Part shown: positions 53,593 to 57,986 of the stretch, in pieces | Layout of the letters: each line of letters opens with the position of its first letter | How positions within the stretch are numbered: the stretch's first letter is position 1 | NCBI GenBank assembly: GCA_964565045.1 | Contig: CAZMED010000002.1 | Location: 1 to 57,986, forward strand | Source of the DNA: an uncultured Thermoanaerobaculia bacterium | GTDB lineage: Bacteria; Acidobacteriota; Thermoanaerobaculia; Thermoanaerobaculales; Sulfomarinibacteraceae | Length of the DNA: 57,986 nucleotides | Reading direction: 5' to 3' | The notes under the pieces: generated by a model | Seen by the model: the letters and a program-made list of their open reading frames with translations, nothing else | Told to the model about the DNA's origin: nothing | The model's database searches: none | Translations under genes and position numbers: made by a program

Positions 53593-54834
53593 TCAGTCAT
53601 CGAGCGGCCTCACGATGAGGCCCGATCGCAGCTTCGGTTCGAACCAGGTGGACTTGGGCGGCATGACGAGCCCCGCGTCGGCGACCGCGAACAGCTGGTC
53701 GATCGAGGTCGGGTGCAGCGCGAACGCGACCTGCCAGTCGCCCGACGCCACCCGTCGCTCGAGCTCGCCGAGACCCCGGATACCGCCCACGAAATCGATC
53801 CGCTCGTCCGACCGCGGGTCGCCGATCCCGAGCACCGGTCCCAGGAGGTTCTCTTGCAGAATCGAGACGTCGAGGCTCTTCACCGGATCGTCGGACGGGA
53901 AGGTGCCGGGCTTCGCGCGCAGGCGATACCACTGCCGATCGAGGTACATCCCGAACTCGGCAGGCCGCTGCGGTGCGCCGTCGTCCGCGCGCTCGACCGC
54001 GAAACGGGCGCCGACCGTCTCCAGGAACCCGCCGGCGTCGAGGCCGTTCAGATCGCGCACCACCCGGTTGTAGTCGAGGATCTTCATCTGCCGGTCGGGG
54101 AAGATGACCGCGAGGAAGAAATTGTACGGCTCCTCCCCGGTGTGGGAGGGGTTGGCGTCGCGGCGCATGGCCCGGATCCTCGTCGCCGCCGCCGAGCGGT
54201 GGTGTCCGTCGGCGACGTAGAGCTCGGGCACGCGGCGGAAGGCGTCCACCAGGGCGTCCCGATCGGATGCCCCGACGACCACCCACAGGACGTGTTGGAT
54301 GCCGTCCGGGGCGACGAAGTCGTACACCGGCGGTGGGGCGGTCAGACGCTCCACGAGCGCGTCGATCTCCGGGCTGGACTTGTAGGTCAGGAAGACCGGA
54401 CCGGTGTTGGCGTTGAGGGCGTCCACATGGCGCGTACGGTCGTCTTCTTTGACGCGGCGCGTGTGCTCGTGCTTCTTGATCAGGTCCGCCTCGTACTCAT
54501 CGACGCTGGCGCCGGCGACGAGCCCGGTCTGCACGTGGTCGCCCATGCGCTGGCGGTACAGATAGAGGGCCGGAACCGGCTCGCGCAGGAGAGCCCCTTC
54601 GGCCTGCAGCCGCCGCAGGTTCTCGGCGCCCTTGGCGTAGACCGCGTCCGAGTACACGTCGGTGCCGGGCGGAAGGTCGATCTCGGGCTTGTTGACGTGC
54701 AGGAAGGACAGCGGGTTGCCGGCGGCCATTTCCCGCGCCTCGTCGCTCGACAGCACGTCGTAGGGCGGGCTCGCCACCTGGGCTGCCAGGTGAGGCTGCG
54801 GACGCCACGCGCGGAAGGGTTCGATTCGAGCCAT
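53593..54834 (-). CDS. DUF1015-domain protein
   Basis: Start at MARIEPFRAWRP.....VASPPYDVLSSDEAREM.., the characteristic DUF1015 N-terminus, with ADGHHR later. Confidence 0.8.
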   Translation of the reverse strand: MARIEPFRAWRPQPHLAAQVASPPYDVLSSDEAREMAAGNPLSFLHVNKPEIDLPPGTDVYSDAVYAKGAENLRRLQAEGALLREPVPALYLYRQRMGDHVQTGLVAGASVDEYEADLIKKHEHTRRVKEDDRTRHVDALNANTGPVFLTYKSSPEIDALVERLTAPPPVYDFVAPDGIQHVLWVVVGASDRDALVDAFRRVPELYVADGHHRSAAATRIRAMRRDANPSHTGEEPYNFFLAVIFPDRQMKILDYNRVVRDLNGLDAGGFLETVGARFAVERADDGAPQRPAEFGMYLDRQWYRLRAKPGTFPSDDPVKSLDVSILQENLLGPVLGIGDPRSDERIDFVGGIRGLGELERRVASGDWQVAFALHPTSIDQLFAVADAGLVMPPKSTWFEPKLRSGLIVRPLDD

Positions 54835-54865
54835 GCTTCTCTCCCGTTCGGATACCCGGCGGGGC

Positions 54866-54881
54866 CTGCCGAGCACGTGAA
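54866..54881. promoter_or_regulatory. CRP/FNR-type palindrome (TGTGA-N6-TCACG on the minus strand)
   Basis: The plus strand reads CGTGAAATCTATCACA, centred ~39 nt upstream of the DUF1015 ATG. It is AT-rich relative to the surroundings and has one mismatch to TGTGA-N6-TCACA. Confidence 0.3.
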
Positions 54882-54951
54882 ATCTATCACATGCCCCCGG
54901 ACGGCGCCACTCCAGGGCCTTCGCCGGTTGACGTGTCGTCGGGAGAGACCG

Positions 54952-55536
54952 TCAGGAGATGTAGAGTCGCAGGCGGATCGGCGCTTCCCAGCCCTCGCCC
55001 TGAACGGCGAGGAAGAAGGGCTTGCCCGGCGCCAGCGTCCGCGGCCGCTCGAAGTACAAGAGGTCGGCCATGCCGAAACCGCGGCGCAGGGTGACGACAT
55101 CGCGGGTCGTCGCGCCGCGCGTGGCCCTCAGGTCGGGGAAGAAGTTGGTCGAACCGAAACGGCCGCTCCGCGCCCAGACCTCCCACGGGATGCCGCCGGT
55201 CGTCAGCAGGCGCCGGTCGAGCGACGCGTGGTCGTAGTTCTTACGCCACTCCTTGACCGAGGGGACGGTATAGATCACGCCCTCGAGATCCGACAGCCAG
55301 AAGCTCTCGCGGGTGAGCTTGAGCTTGGCGGAGCTCTGATTCTGGACGCCGATCACCATCGGCACGTAGGGCTCGGTGATGCGTTGGCCGGTAAGGCTCA
55401 GATTCGCCCACACCGTGCCCTGCTCGTTCTCGGCTGTGAAGAGGATCCTGCCTGGCTCGTCCCCATCCTGGGCGAGCGCCGCGGCCACGGCCAGGAGACC
55501 GGCTGCTGCGAGCACCATCGAACTGCGGAACACCAT
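54952..55536 (-). CDS. hypothetical secreted protein
   Basis: Start at MVFRSSMVLAAAGLLAVAAALAQDG (signal peptide). The sequence is beta-rich and I do not recognise a family. Confidence 0.5.
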   Translation of the reverse strand: MVFRSSMVLAAAGLLAVAAALAQDGDEPGRILFTAENEQGTVWANLSLTGQRITEPYVPMVIGVQNQSSAKLKLTRESFWLSDLEGVIYTVPSVKEWRKNYDHASLDRRLLTTGGIPWEVWARSGRFGSTNFFPDLRATRGATTRDVVTLRRGFGMADLLYFERPRTLAPGKPFFLAVQGEGWEAPIRLRLYIS

Positions 55537-55667
55537 CGGCCAACCTCCACACACTCACAGTGGCAACCGCCGCGCGTCCGAGAATGTTCCTCCGCAGGGG
55601 GCGTTCGACCTCAACCGCCCGCCGGTTGGGAAGTGCGTCGGCGGGCAATCTGTCGACCCGGCGTAGA

Positions 55668-56882
55668 ATGAACCCCGTTTTGAAGGGTCTTCACCCGATA
55701 CCCGTTGATCTCAGGCGCGCCCTGCTGGCGACCGTGTTCTTCGGCGCCGCCTCCGGCATCTTCACGGCGACCCTCAACAACTACCTCGCTGAGGTGCACC
55801 TGCTCGACGCTGAGGCGCGCGGCTGGCTCGAGCTCCCGCGCGAGCTGCCCGGCTTCCTGATCATGTTCGTGGCCGGGGCCATGCTGACGGTCTTCCGCGA
55901 GACGCAGATGGCGGCGGCGGCCATGCTCCTGACCGCGCTCGGCGCCCTCGGCCTCGGGTTTCTGGCCCCCACCCACGCGGCGCTGGTGCTCTTCATCGTC
56001 GTCTGGTCGCTCGGCGACCACATCATCTTCGCCGTCGAGGGACCGATCGGCCTCAAGCTCGCCGACGGCGGCCGCGAGGGGCACCGTCTCGGGCAGTTCG
56101 GAGGCGCCCGAAATCTCGGCACCATCCTCGGCGTGGGCACGATCTTCGTGCTGGCGCGGCTGCTCGGCGACCGCTTCTCCCTGTTCTACGCCGTGGCTGC
56201 AGCCAGTGCCGTCGCCGCCGGCGTGATGTACAGCCGCCTCCAGATCGGACGCGGCGACTCGCCTTCCCGCCGCCTGGTGTACAAGAAGAAGTACCGGCTC
56301 TTCTACGCCATCTCCGCCCTCTTCGGCATCCGCAAGCAGATCTTCCTCGCCTTCGGCGCCTGGGTCCTGGTCGAGATCCACGGGGTCTCGGTGAGCACCA
56401 TCGCCTTGCTGTATTTCATCGCCGCGACCCTCGGCGTCGTCATGCGGCCGCTGCTCGGCGACGTCATCGACTGGCTCGGCGAACGCACCGTGCTGGCGGC
56501 CGACGAGCTGCTGCTTCTGGGGATCTGCCTGACCTACGCCTTCGCCGGCGACCTGCTGAGCGGCCAGGCGGTGCTGCTCGCGCTGTACGGCGCCTACGTA
56601 CTCGACATGGTCCTCTTCGCCCTGCGCGTCGCGCGCACGACCTACCTCAAGAAGATCGTCGACGGTCCGGGCGACATCACGCCGACGATCTCGATGGGCA
56701 TCACCATCGACCACGCCGTCGCCATGACCCTGCCGGTCCTCTCCGGCTACATCTGGGAGGCGTTCGGCTTCCGCTGGGTCTTCATCCTCGCCGGCGCCTT
56801 CGCCCTCGTCGGGTTCTTCGTGTGTCTCCGTATTCGAACACCTGCTCCGGAAGTCGGGACGCTCGACCGTTTAAATCTCTGA
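55668..56882 (+). CDS. MFS transporter
   Basis: Start at MNPVLKGLHP... About 12 hydrophobic segments with a central loop (SRLQIGRGDSPSRRLVYKKKYR). The upstream 36 codons of the tracked ORF were discarded. Confidence 0.8.
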   Translation: MNPVLKGLHPIPVDLRRALLATVFFGAASGIFTATLNNYLAEVHLLDAEARGWLELPRELPGFLIMFVAGAMLTVFRETQMAAAAMLLTALGALGLGFLAPTHAALVLFIVVWSLGDHIIFAVEGPIGLKLADGGREGHRLGQFGGARNLGTILGVGTIFVLARLLGDRFSLFYAVAAASAVAAGVMYSRLQIGRGDSPSRRLVYKKKYRLFYAISALFGIRKQIFLAFGAWVLVEIHGVSVSTIALLYFIAATLGVVMRPLLGDVIDWLGERTVLAADELLLLGICLTYAFAGDLLSGQAVLLALYGAYVLDMVLFALRVARTTYLKKIVDGPGDITPTISMGITIDHAVAMTLPVLSGYIWEAFGFRWVFILAGAFALVGFFVCLRIRTPAPEVGTLDRLNL

Positions 56883-56899
56883 ACGCTGGGCGCGGGTGT

Positions 56900-56917
56900 G
56901 CGGCGGCACTGCGCCGC
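56900..56917 (+). terminator. possible weak terminator hairpin after the MFS gene
   Basis: GCGGCG-GCACTG-CGCCGC (6-bp stem) followed by TTCTAC. The U-tract is poor. Confidence 0.3.
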
Positions 56918-56919
56918 TT

Positions 56920-57986
56920 CTACTCCACCTTCGGCAACAGCAGGGCGTTGAACACCAGCTTGAAGGTGGCCGGCGTCGAGCCGCGAAACTGGGGGCGGAT
57001 CGCGAAAAGGACCAACTGCCCGTCACCGGCCCGCACCCACACGATCGCCGGCGTGTTCTGGAGCGCCTCTTCGCCCTCGAGGTAGCCGCTGAGCAGGAGG
57101 TCGCGCTCGGGATAAACGGCCACGACCCTGCGGTCGGTGTCGAGCCTCGGAATCGAGGTGGCGAGGACCGGGCGGCCGCGGCTGAAGGCACCGCCACGGG
57201 CCGGCATGCCCCAGGTCAGTGGGTGGTGCTGATCGTAGTCGACCGCCAGGAAGGCCCCCGGCACCATCACGTCCCCTGCCTCGTCCGTGATGTCGCGCAC
57301 CGGGAGCTCCACGGTGTCGCCCTCGCCCTCGTCCGCCGCCGGCGTCGGCAGCCCGTCGGTGAAGAGTGCGGTGGACCCGCCCCACGACACGACGGTGCCG
57401 CCGCCCTGGATGAAGGCGGTCAGCTCCGCCAGTCCCTTCTTCGAGATGGGCTCGCGAAACTCCGGAGGGTAGTCGTTGACCACGTAGCGGTCGCCGCGCT
57501 TGTACTTGCCCTTGGTGAGCACGTCCTTGCTGGCGTCCGGAAAGACGACGACGTCGAAATTCTTCGCCAGTCCGGCGCCTTCGATGTCGCCCGGGTGGAG
57601 GACCGAGTAGGGAATGCGGTAGCTGTCGAACAGGTATCGGGTCCAGCCTGCATCCATGTCGTGGAAGAAGGTCTCGACCAGGGCGATTCGCGGCATCGCC
57701 ACCGTTTCGAGCCCGCCGGGCGGGGCGCTCTCGACGACCTGCGGGCCGGCCCCGCCGACGTCCCCGATCTCGTTCAGGCGATCGGCCTCGATCAGGAAGC
57801 TGCCTGCCGCCAGCGACGCCTCGCCGTCGGCGGTGCGTACCGGCGCCGTCAGCCGGCGCACGGGAATCTCCTTGCGGAGCGCCTCGAAGACCGCCCGGTA
57901 GGAGCGGTTGCTGTCTGCAGGCAGCACGACCAGGGCGGGCGCGCCCGGCGGATCGAGCCGGGCCCCGAGATCGGCCTCCTCGACCG
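56920..57986 (-). CDS. hypothetical protein, C-terminal part (N-terminus beyond right window edge); possibly a GATase1-like domain of an M14-peptidase-type protein
   Basis: The frame stays open from 57927 to the window end (..VEEADLGARLDPPGAPALVVLPADSN..). The coding character is good, but the family assignment is only an impression. Confidence 0.5.
   Translation of the reverse strand, partial: VEEADLGARLDPPGAPALVVLPADSNRSYRAVFEALRKEIPVRRLTAPVRTADGEASLAAGSFLIEADRLNEIGDVGGAGPQVVESAPPGGLETVAMPRIALVETFFHDMDAGWTRYLFDSYRIPYSVLHPGDIEGAGLAKNFDVVVFPDASKDVLTKGKYKRGDRYVVNDYPPEFREPISKKGLAELTAFIQGGGTVVSWGGSTALFTDGLPTPAADEGEGDTVELPVRDITDEAGDVMVPGAFLAVDYDQHHPLTWGMPARGGAFSRGRPVLATSIPRLDTDRRVVAVYPERDLLLSGYLEGEEALQNTPAIVWVRAGDGQLVLFAIRPQFRGSTPATFKLVFNALLLPKVE

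Noticed and set aside
54862-54881. Canonical parS half-site (CACGTGAAAT) upstream of the DUF1015 gene
   Set aside because: Only one half resembles TGTTNCACGTGAAACA and the other half does not. The site fits a CRP-type TGTGA-N6-TCACA palindrome better.
55561-55576. Possible sigma54 promoter TGGCAA-N..-GCGC upstream of the MFS transporter
   Set aside because: The GG-N10-GC spacing is met, but the -12 element lacks TTGC and the -24 element is TGGCAA. This is indistinguishable from chance in GC-rich DNA.

Overview
GC-rich (by eye about 68-70% G+C) chromosomal window from a diderm bacterium, since Lpt and Lpx genes are present. The lineage may be Acidobacteriota- or Myxococcota-like, but that is a guess. 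I support about 55 genes. All genes from 1.2 to 39.2 kb are on the minus strand, tightly packed with many 1-4 nt start/stop overlaps. The content is mostly housekeeping: a beta-lactamase-fold hydrolase, fused lptF/G, parAB, miaB, and a complete regulatory PTS (ptsI, ptsH, EIIA-Man, rapZ, hprK, ptsN) joined to hpf-rpoN-lptB-lptC/A. Then come accA, gpmI, a PP2C phosphatase, a DnaJ/TPR protein, a RodZ-like protein, PrsW, ribF, rimO, lpxB, a HIT protein, ihfB-rpsA-cmk, LarA-like and AMMECR1 proteins, a rhomboid protease, trmJ, murB, a very large sigma54 activator, aroA, an LpxH-like protein, serC/serA/DUF1015 and an MFS transporter. I saw no rRNA, tRNA, CRISPR array, transposase, integrase or recognisable defence genes. 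Five things look most worth follow-up. (1) An exact sigma54 promoter is followed by an ~80-nt unit with a CU-rich anti-Shine-Dalgarno tract and a UUCG-loop terminator, next to the giant sigma54 activator; this is a candidate sigma54-dependent sRNA module. (2) A DUF1573 gene is interrupted by a single in-frame TGA exactly where the family's CxC cysteine sits, with a hairpin 9 nt downstream; this is a candidate selenocysteine codon. (3) A ~640-bp non-coding island is built from 8-, 7- and 6-nt tandem repeats arranged with nested inverted symmetry. (4) An identical 16-bp perfect palindrome occurs twice around parAB, once inside parB; this is a candidate non-canonical parS. (5) Three phased DnaA-box-like repeats lie beside an AT-rich tract downstream of parB. 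Many long ORFs in the supplied track are antisense or N-terminal-extension artefacts of GC-rich DNA and were not called.
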